Shown here: piece by piece, positions 27,143 through 37,270 of the stretch
Layout of the letters: each line of letters starts with the position of its first letter
Numbering within the stretch: position 1 is the first letter of the stretch
NCBI GenBank assembly: GCA_044892525.1
Contig: CM097887.1
Span: 93,846,397 to 93,910,396 of the forward strand
Direction: 5' to 3'
DNA from: Schmidtea polychroa
Lineage: Eukaryota
DNA length: 64,000 bases
Made by a program: the position numbers and the translations under genes
The notes under the pieces: model-generated
The model's database searches: none
The model's input: the letters and a program-made list of their open reading frames with translations, nothing else
Told to the model about the DNA's origin: nothing

Positions 27143-27895
27143 CTATTGTTTCTCCCATTCAGCGTCGGCGAATAATTCGTCGAGGTTAAAAAACTCGGAA
27201 GCGTTCTCTTCCCACGTTACGCCAGCGGCTGATATGATTCGTGCTGAGGGTCCCGTTGTTAGGTCGATGGACACGTGAGAGTTACCACCGTTGGTTGAAT
27301 CCTCTATTGATGGGATGTTTGGCTTTGTAGTGGCGCGTTCGCGCTGTCTCTTCTTGCGCTCTGCACGAGAGAGTTGTTTGCGCTTGGGTTTGCTTGAAGA
27401 TGCCACTTGCAGAGGGGTGACTGATACAGATGGACTAGCAGTGGGGGGCTTACTGGTACCCGTGACGACAACATCTGGTCGCTTGGGGGACAATTCGTTT
27501 TCGACGCAGTCTTGGCACGGTCTCTTGAACGGTGGAGATGGATTCGAGGAAAGGTTGTGATGAGGCGGAAAGATGTCATCGGCCTCTCGGATGGGAATCT
27601 GCACTATTTTTCGGGTTGTAGCCGCCTGCACGTAAACCTTATGCAGTGCCTCGGATTGTTCTCTGATTAGACTTCTTTGGGCACGGCTCTCAGATATTAG
27701 CGCGTCCCGGCAATGCTCGCTACGATCGAGCTTCTTTTGGATCTCCTTCATCCGAGCGGGACTAAACCATGTCCCTTCCAGCTCGTCGATTTTTCGTTTA
27801 TATCGACCGATCTGGGCTTGAAGATCTTTAATCACTGCATTTTTATCTGAGCAGGAGAAGCAGGGACGTAGAGCTGATTTGTTGTTTGGTAACAT
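27143..27895 (-). CDS. LTR-encoded 250-aa protein (3' LTR copy), putative nuclear regulator
   Basis: Coiled coil, PCQDC, KPKRKQLSRAERKKRQRER basic patch, acidic aromatic tail; conserved in the sister LTR. Confidence 0.75.
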   Translation of the reverse strand: MLPNNKSALRPCFSCSDKNAVIKDLQAQIGRYKRKIDELEGTWFSPARMKEIQKKLDRSEHCRDALISESRAQRSLIREQSEALHKVYVQAATTRKIVQIPIREADDIFPPHHNLSSNPSPPFKRPCQDCVENELSPKRPDVVVTGTSKPPTASPSVSVTPLQVASSSKPKRKQLSRAERKKRQRERATTKPNIPSIEDSTNGGNSHVSIDLTTGPSARIISAAGVTWEENASEFFNLDELFADAEWEKQ

Positions 27896-30350
27896 AATGG
27901 ATGGCTAAAGAAGAAAACTATGGTGACTATATCTAAAAATTTCGGATCAGATATACGGTTTATCCGCTATTGGATACTTAGTGCTGGAAGAAAACAAGAC
28001 GAGTCGACGAAACAGGATCCCTCCCTTCACCCTTGATTACTAATATTTTACGTATCCTTTACAGAAAATTATTCCCCAACGCCCTGATTGCTTCCCTGAC
28101 GAATGCAAATTATTTGTAAAAATTTTAATTTTCGTCTATCGCGTTCGAGTTGGATTTCTATCTATCGCACATAAAGGCAATTTACGGATTTATTCATGCC
28201 GGAGCGAATAAACCTATTTCATTACAAATACACTATACTACACTTCGTTTAAATTTCGCTGATTATTTGTTGTTATTCTAATGCAAAATAAGGTTTTTGG
28301 ACCAGATGCAACTAGTAAAAACTTGCACCCTTACCTCAAGTAGCGGAATAAGTAATAACTCGTAATTTCGTATAAACTATACGTCACTATTTTATGATTA
28401 CCCCTTATCCATACCATACGGTGATATCGTCGTAGAAATATAGCATCGTAAAAATATTGTAATTACATAATAATTTGTTATCGGATTTAGTTTTCTATTA
28501 CAATACGTCATTTACAGGGAATATGAGAAATTTAACTACAATATTACTAGCTATTTTATAACCCAAAAATTCCTGTAGATGCTTTAGTTAATTTAAATTT
28601 GGCTCAAAGGCTACTACTATTATTTGTAACATCTAATTAGAATTACGATAAACCTCTACAACACTTAGGTGAAACTTCCTATGGTTTAGTTATAAAGTTT
28701 GGTTTGAATTTTCGGTTATTAATTAAAATACCCCTTCAACAATTTCGATTTTTATTTAGAATATTTAATTTAAGCAAAATTATCTTTAATGAGTGCACTT
28801 TAGAGAGTCTCTTATCTTAGTAGTCGGTTACTGGTTATTTTGGCTTATCTTTTTAGTGGTACGAATGACCTTCATCAGTAGTGAAATTTAAGAGTCAGTC
28901 ATCTGGAAGTCACATCTCATGTCAGCATTATCTAATATGACCACTGATTACTACTCACACACTAAGAATCCTAGAGAGGGTGACACATGGCGGCATTCCC
29001 TGCGGTGAGAGGCACTCGGAATGATTCTGCTGTTTCTCATGCATATTTCTGACCGGATGACGCTACTCATAGTTATGTTAGCAGTATGTCTGTATGTATG
29101 GGTGCCTGTTCGATGGAAATTTTATCGGTAACTATCAACCGTACTGAGCGAACTGCAAATGTTACATCGCGTGTCGATTCCCATCTGAGCTTATGATGTT
29201 GGATTTATTTACTACGACTCGTAATTTCCTCAATATTGGATGTTTTTGAACGATGGGAGATCTCTACGAACCAGCCAACTAGACTCTATGAAGCATATTT
29301 CAGTAGTGGATATTTCGACGCAACAGCATGAAAATTATTCAATGGGTATTACCAGATTTTGTTAATATATGTGATTGAATACAGTATTATTGTGGTTTTA
29401 TGTTTTACTTTTCCTTTATTGTAAATTCCTCATCATATGCTAAGATTTGGATGTCGCATCTGAAAGAGATGACCTAAATTAGATTTACTTTTTCAAAAAT
29501 CTACCGAATGCAATTTCAACTTCTCGATATGTTAGAAAAACCAGCGATGGATGTTTAATGGTATTTTCCCCCACATGGTAAGTTCGGATTTATAGACAGA
29601 AGTGGCATGAATGTCTTATAAGACGACTCTGGACAATACAGAGTTAATATGAGAACTCCCTCAGTCGCTGTGAAGCACATATCCTATTTTCGAAAATTTC
29701 ATAAGGTTTCCTTTCGGTCTATATTTCGGTACTCCGACAGATTTTAAGTCCTTCAGCAATTGGACCCGTGAAGAAGCCTTCACATTTCGGCCCAATCTAG
29801 CTGCGTGATTGAAATACTCCATGTCCACCGGCTGAGCTCCCGAAGGCACCTCGCACCATGACATGGAGTATCTCAACGCCACGTTTCTCGTTAATATTAG
29901 AAATCATAAAACTATCACTTCAAAATAAATATCCATAAAAGTTATGTAAGAGTTCACCTGTTACCAATAAATACTTTTAAACATTTAAATTATTTACTTT
30001 ATCAAAATCGTTATTCAGGATCAAATGAAAAGAGAGTCTGGTTAAATTTAAAAGTTTAATTGCTCATTAAATATACATATTTACTATTAACTTCGAAAAA
30101 CAATATCATAAATAAAAATCCCTTACTATGGAATTAGGCTGAATCGGAAAATTAACGTTAGTCGTTCCAAATTAGTCTGATGATGGTTCGTCGAATGTCG
30201 ATTGCTGTGACTGATTTCGAATTGCTGTGAAGTTTTTCGAATTAACTGTTGCTCTACTTGTATTGCTGATCCTTGAAATAAGTCTCCGTGAGTTGTAGAT
30301 GTCTATGAAATGCTCGGGGTTAACAGTAAAAACAGTAAACATTTTTTCTT

Positions 30351-30434
30351 ACCTATGAAATGCTCGGGGTTAACAGTAAATTTAATGTTTTTGGTAGTTG
30401 TATATATATCAAATTCTTATTTGTGCGGACCAAT
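30351..30434 (-). promoter_or_regulatory. LTR promoter module: CCAAT box, TATA-like run, then splice donor AG/GTAAG (copies at 56662-56745 and solo LTR 25324-25458)
   Basis: GCGGACCAATCAGA-TTGAGTACCGC conserved between diverged LTR families; TATATAA in the solo LTR; donor ~50 nt downstream of the TATA in both. Confidence 0.65.
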
Positions 30435-30996
30435 CAGAGTTGAGTACCGCTTATTTCTATTAATTTAATATAATTTTCTTGTTTTTAGGTTGTTTTCTCC
30501 TTATTTTCTTTATTTTTAATATGTTTTTCTATTTATTTCCTTAATTTCCTTATTATTTCTTGAATTCCTCTTTATTTATTTGTCAACTTGTTCTATTTTA
30601 ATCTTTTCTTAATTTTATTTTTTGTTTTAATTCTTATGTCTTACTTATTATTTTCCTTATATCTTATTCTATTTTATTTCTGATTTTATTTGTTTTATTA
30701 TTATTTTTCTTAATGTTCTACTTCCCTACTTTCCTATTTTTCAACGATTAAATTTTCGACTCAGCCCAACAAATCACTCGGGGACCCATCAAAATTGCGT
30801 CCCGCAATTGCATAATTAACTTAATTCATTCATTCAAAAAAAATATAACACGAACACGGAAAATTATACAACAATGATAAAAATTTTATTGTAAGATCAA
30901 GGTCAAAGCAAGACCAAGCAAGTATCACTTAAGGTGATAGTTTGTACATACAATAAAAGTTTCCACATATAACAACACAAATGTTTGAATTAGAGT

Positions 30997-31638
30997 TTAT
31001 GAACTGTTAACCATTGATGCTTCTGCTGGCGGCTGTTGGTTGGTTTGGGTATTGATGTTGAGATAGGTCTGACTATTAGATTTCGGCTGGATTGGTTGAT
31101 TACTCGGGGTTCGAGGTCGGTTAAGATTTGTCAGGGGCACTTCTTGAGGATTTTGGTTCGAGGTTACTCTTATTGATGTCGAGACTCTACATCTATTTCG
31201 AACTTCGTAAATTTTCATGAATATTGGTAGACATAGGAGGAGGGTTTCTGCGATCACCACATATATGAGATAATGGGTGTCATTGATTTCGGGAGGTATT
31301 TTTGGCTTTTCTACCAGATTTCCAAAATTCTCTTGTTGCATTTGTTGTTCCAACTGGTCGAATTGTTGAATTTGTTCGAGGATTTGTTTGTTTATCATTT
31401 TACAAATGGGATTCTTTTTACACATTGTTTGGATGTTGTTGATGTGTGATCGGGTTGATTGAATGGTTTGGATGATATGGGTTTTTACGGTCATCGGGTA
31501 TGTGCATTGACTGGATTCTTGTTTAGGTTCTTGATTTTGATTTCGGTAATCTCGTACGATTTTCGGTTGGGCGTCTATTTGTTTGCTCTCCATCAGAATC
31601 ATCAATACCATCATTGTTATCATCATCTCGCCTCGCAT
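30997..31638 (-). CDS. Accessory type I membrane protein (signal peptide, helical ectodomain, TM, tail)
   Basis: MMITMMVLMILM signal, TM YLIYVVIAETLLLCLPIFM; likely start MRGEM after an acceptor. Confidence 0.7.
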   Translation of the reverse strand: MRGEMMITMMVLMILMESKQIDAQPKIVRDYRNQNQEPKQESSQCTYPMTVKTHIIQTIQSTRSHINNIQTMCKKNPICKMINKQILEQIQQFDQLEQQMQQENFGNLVEKPKIPPEINDTHYLIYVVIAETLLLCLPIFMKIYEVRNRCRVSTSIRVTSNQNPQEVPLTNLNRPRTPSNQPIQPKSNSQTYLNINTQTNQQPPAEASMVNSS

Positions 31639-31693
31639 GATACTATTATACATTCATTATGTTTATTTACAATTGGTTTTAATGACCCTTAAT

Positions 31694-32392
31694 TTAATGG
31701 TTCTGATTTGGATTATTTTCGCCGATTCTCATCAAGGTGGACTCTGCTTTAATTACCCTGTGTCTTAACTCGGGCAGCATTTCCAATTGTCGGTCTTTTT
31801 CACGGGCTTCTCTCTTTAGATGTCTAATTTCTTTTTCCAAGCGTCTAATTTCTTCCCTTTTCTTTTCAAGGTTTCTTTTTAGCTCGATTTGTAGGAGATC
31901 TTGTTCGTTTTCTTGCAGGTAATTTTGTTGTTGATGTTTTCTTTCTATTTCTCTATATTTGCGGACCCACTTCCTCATTTCTTTACTTTCCCGTTGGTTT
32001 TCTTCTAGTTGTCGTTTTAATTTATTTATAGCTGTTTGGCGCTCCTTCGCCTCAGTTTTCCAGTAGTCTTGGATTACCTCCTTTGCTTTGAAGCTTGCCC
32101 TTTCTTTCCATAGTTCTTCCGCTATCTTTTCCCAGTTTTTCCCTCGCTTCCTTTGTTCGTGTAGCCATTCATTTTCCTCTTCCGTTTCTCTTTTTATTTC
32201 CCCCAACGCTTCGCACTCTTTCTTTAACACCTTTATCATTTTCCGGTCCTCCAGGTATTTGTTTATTAATCTCCCGTTTTCGTATTTCTCTTCCCGTAAC
32301 TCGGCCTTTAGCGTTTGGGTTTCTGTTGTTTCTGCCTCAATCTCTCCCTCTTCTACGTCGCTCATAATTTCTATCATTTCCTCGATTTTCAT
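31694..32392 (-). CDS. Accessory coiled-coil protein (likely start MKIEEM)
   Basis: Long E/K/R heptad-rich ORF with element-like codon usage; acceptor 2 nt before the ATG. Confidence 0.7.
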   Translation of the reverse strand: MKIEEMIEIMSDVEEGEIEAETTETQTLKAELREEKYENGRLINKYLEDRKMIKVLKKECEALGEIKRETEEENEWLHEQRKRGKNWEKIAEELWKERASFKAKEVIQDYWKTEAKERQTAINKLKRQLEENQRESKEMRKWVRKYREIERKHQQQNYLQENEQDLLQIELKRNLEKKREEIRRLEKEIRHLKREAREKDRQLEMLPELRHRVIKAESTLMRIGENNPNQNH

Positions 32393-32560
32393 ATCTATAA
32401 TATGTACAGTTAATGGTGCGCTATAGTGCGACTTATACGTATACATTGATATAAAATTTAATAGTTTGGGTTACAGTCCCTTGAATACTTTTACAATACT
32501 TTAATTTTTTTGTTTGGGATATACGTCCCGGTTTTTAGTTTTTCATCTTTTCATCCACCC

Positions 32561-33616
32561 TCATACGAAGGTTTCCTCCTGGCCTACATAACCTTCATCA
32601 CTATCGACCGCGGAATGTAACTGTATCGCAATAGGGTCGTATGGTAGGTAATATTGGGGAATTTGAGCTCTCAATTCACTAACTTCGTCTCTTAGAGCTC
32701 GAGTGATATTCAATTCCTCGTCGAGCAGATAGGTGAGATACCTTGTCTCTTCATCTTTTGCCTCTATCTGTTTGTCTAGGGCTTTGATTTTCTCGTCGCC
32801 CTTCCATTTTTCAATTTCTATTTCTAAGTTTTTAATATTTTCGGTGTACATTTTCCTTTCGTTTTCTAATTTTCTGTTTTTTCCCGCTAGGACCATGTTT
32901 CTTTGTTCCAGCGATCCTTGTAATCCATTAAGGTCTCTTTTCATCTCTTCTACCTGATTTACTAATTCCACAACCCGTCCCGCTTGTTGGGTTATCATCT
33001 CTTCCATTGCGGCATTCTCGTGCTCTCTTATGTCGCACTTCATTGCCAAATGTCGCTCAAACTCCATAGCCTTTGTTTGCCAGGTTTGGCTTCGGGCGGC
33101 GACCTTTCTCAACCTTTTCAATTCTTCCTTTATTATTAAATTCTCCTCCCATTTACCTTGTTCGCTTTCGTATCCGAGTCTCATGGGCAATTCTTTCATC
33201 TCTTTTTTCATTTCTCTGTTTTGTCTTTTCCATTTTCTCGCTTCTGCCACTAAGTGCATCATTTTCCTGTCTTCTATTTGCTTTTCCGCTTCGCGCTTGG
33301 TGTTCTCATCGGTAAGTCTCTTTCTCGCTTCCTGCACTAGCTGCTTTAAGTAGTGGCTGTGTGCTTCTTGGCGGGTATTTTCCAGTGACGCCCATTTTGA
33401 TGCTCTTTTGCATGCTTCTGCTTCCGCTCTTAAGTTGTGTATTAACCATTGGTATTGACCATTCTCATCTTCTCTAGTTTCTTCGATGTGATTTCGGGTG
33501 AGATTAGTTAGTTGGAACATTACTTTGTTCCATTTTTTGTTATGTTCTCGGGGAATTTGTGTCTTGTTGACCTTGGTTGGGTCTATCGCAGTTTCGGTTA
33601 TTTTCTCTTGTGTCAT
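32561..33616 (-). CDS. Accessory coiled-coil protein, 351 aa
   Basis: Uninterrupted heptad-rich ORF; acceptor 2 nt before the ATG. Confidence 0.72.
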   Translation of the reverse strand: MTQEKITETAIDPTKVNKTQIPREHNKKWNKVMFQLTNLTRNHIEETREDENGQYQWLIHNLRAEAEACKRASKWASLENTRQEAHSHYLKQLVQEARKRLTDENTKREAEKQIEDRKMMHLVAEARKWKRQNREMKKEMKELPMRLGYESEQGKWEENLIIKEELKRLRKVAARSQTWQTKAMEFERHLAMKCDIREHENAAMEEMITQQAGRVVELVNQVEEMKRDLNGLQGSLEQRNMVLAGKNRKLENERKMYTENIKNLEIEIEKWKGDEKIKALDKQIEAKDEETRYLTYLLDEELNITRALRDEVSELRAQIPQYYLPYDPIAIQLHSAVDSDEGYVGQEETFV

Positions 33617-33809
33617 CTCTAAATCATAGACATCGATTAATCTTTTTATTATGAAAAAGGAATTTATTCATTATTTACTGTTTCTTGGGGAATTTTCGCA
33701 TCATTTTTGGGTTTTCGTATTTAGGGTTTTCATACTATTATTATATAATATTTTATTGGTTATATACACCGATATATACAGATTATTATATACAACATTA
33801 TTCGATTGG

Positions 33810-35198
33810 TTACTCCGTTCTACCCTTCTCCTCTTTCCTCACGGTCATCTTGATATATATGGTATCATTTCTCGCCATATCTTCTACTCTTTGTTGTGAG
33901 ATGAACGTAGGTGCTCCTGTTGCTGATCCTTCTTCGTTGAGGGGCCTCTGGTAAGCTATTTGATTCCCCGTTGTTTTGAAGCTTTGCTCATGTATACTTT
34001 GGTTGCTCATCAGAGTAATATCGATTTTTGCCTGGAACGGCCATTCTAATATTTCGTCGTATTCTCCTTTACATAACAGAAAGAAAATCGAAAAGTGCGT
34101 ATCCAATCCGGTTCCGTCCCCGTTGGGATATATCTTCATTTTCATTTTGTACCCATTTTTCCAAGAATGGAATGTAGGACTTGTTATTCTTGTCTCTTCT
34201 CCGGTTTTTGCTTTTCGTATTCTTTCTTTTACTCCCGTTATTTTCCATATGTAGGGTGCTGTTGGGGTTATCTCATTTAGATTTATTTCCCGTATTTTCT
34301 GATGTAGCTCCTTGGCCTGATTATTACTAATTTCTGTTCGGTTTATTTGCATCTTTATGTTTGTTCGGGCTTCTTCGAACGCTTCCCTTTCTTCTAGTAG
34401 TTCTTTGACTAACACTTTCAACGATGTTATCTCTATCTCCATTTGTTTTACTTTCTCTTCGCTTTCTTGTAACGCAGTCGACCACATTTCTGCGTGAGTT
34501 GAAGCATTTTCTACTAAATGATGTGGTAACTCACCTCGGTGTAGTAGTTTCTGACAACCCCATCTACCTAGTACACATGTCATTCTTTTCTTTTCGCATT
34601 CCCTTAGATGCTGTGCCACCTTCATTATTTCCCCTTGGTTACATCCGTTTGGGCATTCCCCACTGAACTCCGCACATACTCTCTCCTCTTGGACATTGTG
34701 ATGTTTGAGGGTGAGATTTATCCTCGTATCTATTTCTCCACAGTGTTCACATCTTTCGAATCTCTCTTCACACTGCCTTTGATGCTCTTTTTCTTCGCTT
34801 GCTCGAATGGTTTTATGGCACCTTTCACACTGGCCAATTCTGTACATACATTCTCCCATATGTTGTACTACCTTCCATATTACTCCTTTCCATTCGCATG
34901 GGGCATTTTTGCATCCCAGGTTGGTGTTTAACATGTCTTTCACTGCGGCTTTATCCTCGTTAGTGTCTTCTAAACTCGATATTAGTGTCTCTTTACACAC
35001 CGGGCACCTCTGTGGTCTATTCTTTATTGCTTCACTGATACATTCTTTACATACTCTGCATCCACATTGCGTTTGGTGAGGTTCCTTTAACAACTTTTCA
35101 CATATTCCGCACATAACATGTTTGTGTATTCTGATCGTTGTAGATTTTCGGACTTGCTCGACAATCTCTCTGAACTCTTCTCTTTGTCGTTTATCCAT
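33810..35198 (-). CDS. TRAF-family protein (RING, TRAF zinc fingers, coiled coil, MATH), intronless
   Basis: CGICEKLLKEPHQTQCGCRVCKEC...CPVC; CKNAPCEWKG; CPNGC; MATH YIWKI...GYKM...YPNGDGTG...HFSIFF...GEYDEILEWPF. Confidence 0.93.
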   Translation of the reverse strand: MDKRQREEFREIVEQVRKSTTIRIHKHVMCGICEKLLKEPHQTQCGCRVCKECISEAIKNRPQRCPVCKETLISSLEDTNEDKAAVKDMLNTNLGCKNAPCEWKGVIWKVVQHMGECMYRIGQCERCHKTIRASEEKEHQRQCEERFERCEHCGEIDTRINLTLKHHNVQEERVCAEFSGECPNGCNQGEIMKVAQHLRECEKKRMTCVLGRWGCQKLLHRGELPHHLVENASTHAEMWSTALQESEEKVKQMEIEITSLKVLVKELLEEREAFEEARTNIKMQINRTEISNNQAKELHQKIREINLNEITPTAPYIWKITGVKERIRKAKTGEETRITSPTFHSWKNGYKMKMKIYPNGDGTGLDTHFSIFFLLCKGEYDEILEWPFQAKIDITLMSNQSIHEQSFKTTGNQIAYQRPLNEEGSATGAPTFISQQRVEDMARNDTIYIKMTVRKEEKGRTE

Positions 35199-35283
35199 TC
35201 TATAATTATATGTACAAATAGTTCTTATCGATACAGGTTCGATATTTTATTTACAATTATTTACATTTTAAGCTAGGTTTGGT

Positions 35284-35643
35284 TTAGGGTTCGGAAGAGT
35301 CGGCTTCGTGTCCGCTCTCCTCTCTATTCATTAGCCATTCCGACCAGTCTTCTATTTCTGTCTGTTCTGCTTCCTCCCTCATTCGGTCTATTTCAATTTC
35401 CTGCCGACGGCTATATTGGGTTATCCTCTCTATCTCTCTTTGCATTTGTTCTATTTTTAACCTCTGGTCTTCAATTATCTTCAAATAACTAAATCCTCTG
35501 TTCATACTCTCGATCAGGTTTCTGTGCATCGTCAGTCCTTGTTCTTGCAAATTGGACACTAATTGTGCTAATACGGCACATTGTTGCTTCCATAATTCTT
35601 CAGTTACTGTATTGTGGTTTATTTCGTTATTTCCTTGATCCAT
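35284..35643 (-). CDS. Small accessory coiled-coil protein (likely start MDQGNN)
   Basis: Heptad-rich with an acidic end; acceptor 2 nt before the ATG. Confidence 0.6.
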   Translation of the reverse strand: MDQGNNEINHNTVTEELWKQQCAVLAQLVSNLQEQGLTMHRNLIESMNRGFSYLKIIEDQRLKIEQMQREIERITQYSRRQEIEIDRMREEAEQTEIEDWSEWLMNREESGHEADSSEP

Positions 35644-35803
35644 TCCTAATTTATATACACTTTTCAACTCTTATGTAAATTTAATTTTATTTTATGATTC
35701 CCGTTATCGTATAATATTGATACCGCGCTTATATAAAGATATAGTACTGTTATATACATAAGATATACTTACTTTTTACAATTATATACAGTCATATTCC
35801 TTT

Positions 35804-37270
35804 CTATATACGTGAGTTTGGAGGGCGCTGAGCGTTCCAGGCCTCCACCCACTGTCCTTGTTTGATATCACTTGGTCGTTTCACTCGATGTTGGAAGTTT
35901 CTGATTCGGGTCATTTCTAGTTCTCCGCGATGTCGTTTATCCTTAATTATTTTTATTGTTCCCCCCGTTATGATTAGGAATGCCCCTGTTATTATTATCC
36001 CACTGATCCACATCATCTGCTTCACGCTTATACTCTCTGGTTTTTCCTTGTTTGTTAATGTTGATATCGCTTCTGTACTTTTCTCGTTTCCTCTTTTGCC
36101 ATTTCCTTTCATCATTTCCCGTATTCTTGCTATTTCCTCGTTCATACCCTCCTTTGCCATCTTTTGTATTTTTTCCATCTCTTCCTCCGAAACATAGTTG
36201 TCCTGAGCTTCCTCACCAGTTTTCTTGTGCTTTCCTCCTTCGTTCTTTTCGTCGTGGTTTTTTCTTTTCTTTCCTCTTTTCCCCGGGTATCGTCGGCATT
36301 CTCTTTTTGATTCATTTCTCCAGATACAAACCGTATATTCCTTCGGAGGCTGCTGCTGCGTCACATATTGATGGCATCTCTCACCCGGTCCTAATCTTGA
36401 AATACAGACTTTGTGCTCTTTTCTTGGTTGGAGCTGCGTTATTACTACTTCGCCACCTTTTCCTAGGTGTACCTCTTTTCCTTTGACGTTCGTTATTCTC
36501 TTCCCGTCTCGATTTCGGTATGCTTCTTGTATTCTTACTTCTGTTATTGGTTCTGTGGCCTCATTTATCAGTACTAGTTTCTGATACGCTCTAGACATGC
36601 ATCTTCCTAGTATGCACCTTTCCTTTAAGTCCCATTCTTCCTTTAAATCCCACTGCTGCTCTTGTGCTTGCTTTTTCTTTTCTTGCTTTAGTTCATCCTC
36701 TTTGCTATCTTGATTCTCCGCTTCTTTGGTTTCTTTTATCGTCCTCGTCCCTCCAGGAGCTGTTACTAACTCTATCATGGTAAGCATAATTATCATTAAT
36801 ATCATATTTGTCTCTATTTCTTTGTTAGTGAAAGGTAGGCATACCCTCTGTTTTCCATTATTCGGTTTTTCCTCCTCTTTGGTCTTAGTTCCCGGGCTGT
36901 TTCCCTCTCTTTTCGTATCCGAATCCTTGTTTTCCGGTTTACCCTCCTCCGGTTCTCTTTCCTCTTTATCCTCCTTTCGGCCTTTTCCGTTATTGTCATC
37001 GTGTTTATCTCCCCCGCTGTCGTTTAAAATGTCGTCCTCGACATTTATATCGTTCAATAATCTGCGATATGCTGTTAGCACTCTGTTTCTTGCTAATTTC
37101 GCTTCGAATTCAAACTCTTTTCTACCCGTTGCAGCATGTCTCTTTCTATTCCATTCTTTAACTAACTCTCTCAATTGCATACGACGATGTTTCCCAATTC
37201 GTTGTTGCTCGTTCTGATTTTGCGTGAATTTTAGGTCTTCTCTATTTAATACTATTAAAATAATTTTAGG
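35804..37270 (-). CDS. Membrane protein (ankyrin end, internal signal, FN3-like domain, TM); probable -1-frame continuation of the polyprotein
   Basis: Frame is open upstream of the ATG at 37180 and overlaps the polyprotein end; VITQLQPRKEHKVCI is FN3-like; two hydrophobic segments. Confidence 0.65.
   Translation of the reverse strand, partial: PKIILIVLNREDLKFTQNQNEQQRIGKHRRMQLRELVKEWNRKRHAATGRKEFEFEAKLARNRVLTAYRRLLNDINVEDDILNDSGGDKHDDNNGKGRKEDKEEREPEEGKPENKDSDTKREGNSPGTKTKEEEKPNNGKQRVCLPFTNKEIETNMILMIIMLTMIELVTAPGGTRTIKETKEAENQDSKEDELKQEKKKQAQEQQWDLKEEWDLKERCILGRCMSRAYQKLVLINEATEPITEVRIQEAYRNRDGKRITNVKGKEVHLGKGGEVVITQLQPRKEHKVCISRLGPGERCHQYVTQQQPPKEYTVCIWRNESKRECRRYPGKRGKKRKNHDEKNEGGKHKKTGEEAQDNYVSEEEMEKIQKMAKEGMNEEIARIREMMKGNGKRGNEKSTEAISTLTNKEKPESISVKQMMWISGIIITGAFLIITGGTIKIIKDKRHRGELEMTRIRNFQHRVKRPSDIKQGQWVEAWNAQRPPNSRI

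Larger units (their letters stand above)
26609..30771 (-). repeat. 3' LTR (4163 bp)
   Basis: TGTTGGG...CCCAACA terminal inverted repeat; constant 26311-bp offset from the other LTR; no differences seen on spot checks. Confidence 0.96.

Noticed and set aside
29661-29882. 73-aa LTR ORF (and copy 55972-56193)
   Set aside because: Overlaps the conserved RNA hairpin; covariation explains the conservation better than coding, and no equivalent ORF is called in the solo LTR
26705-29900. Hammerhead, HDV or hairpin ribozyme in the conserved LTR blocks
   Set aside because: Catalytic core motifs (CUGANGA/GAAA etc.) not found in both LTR families
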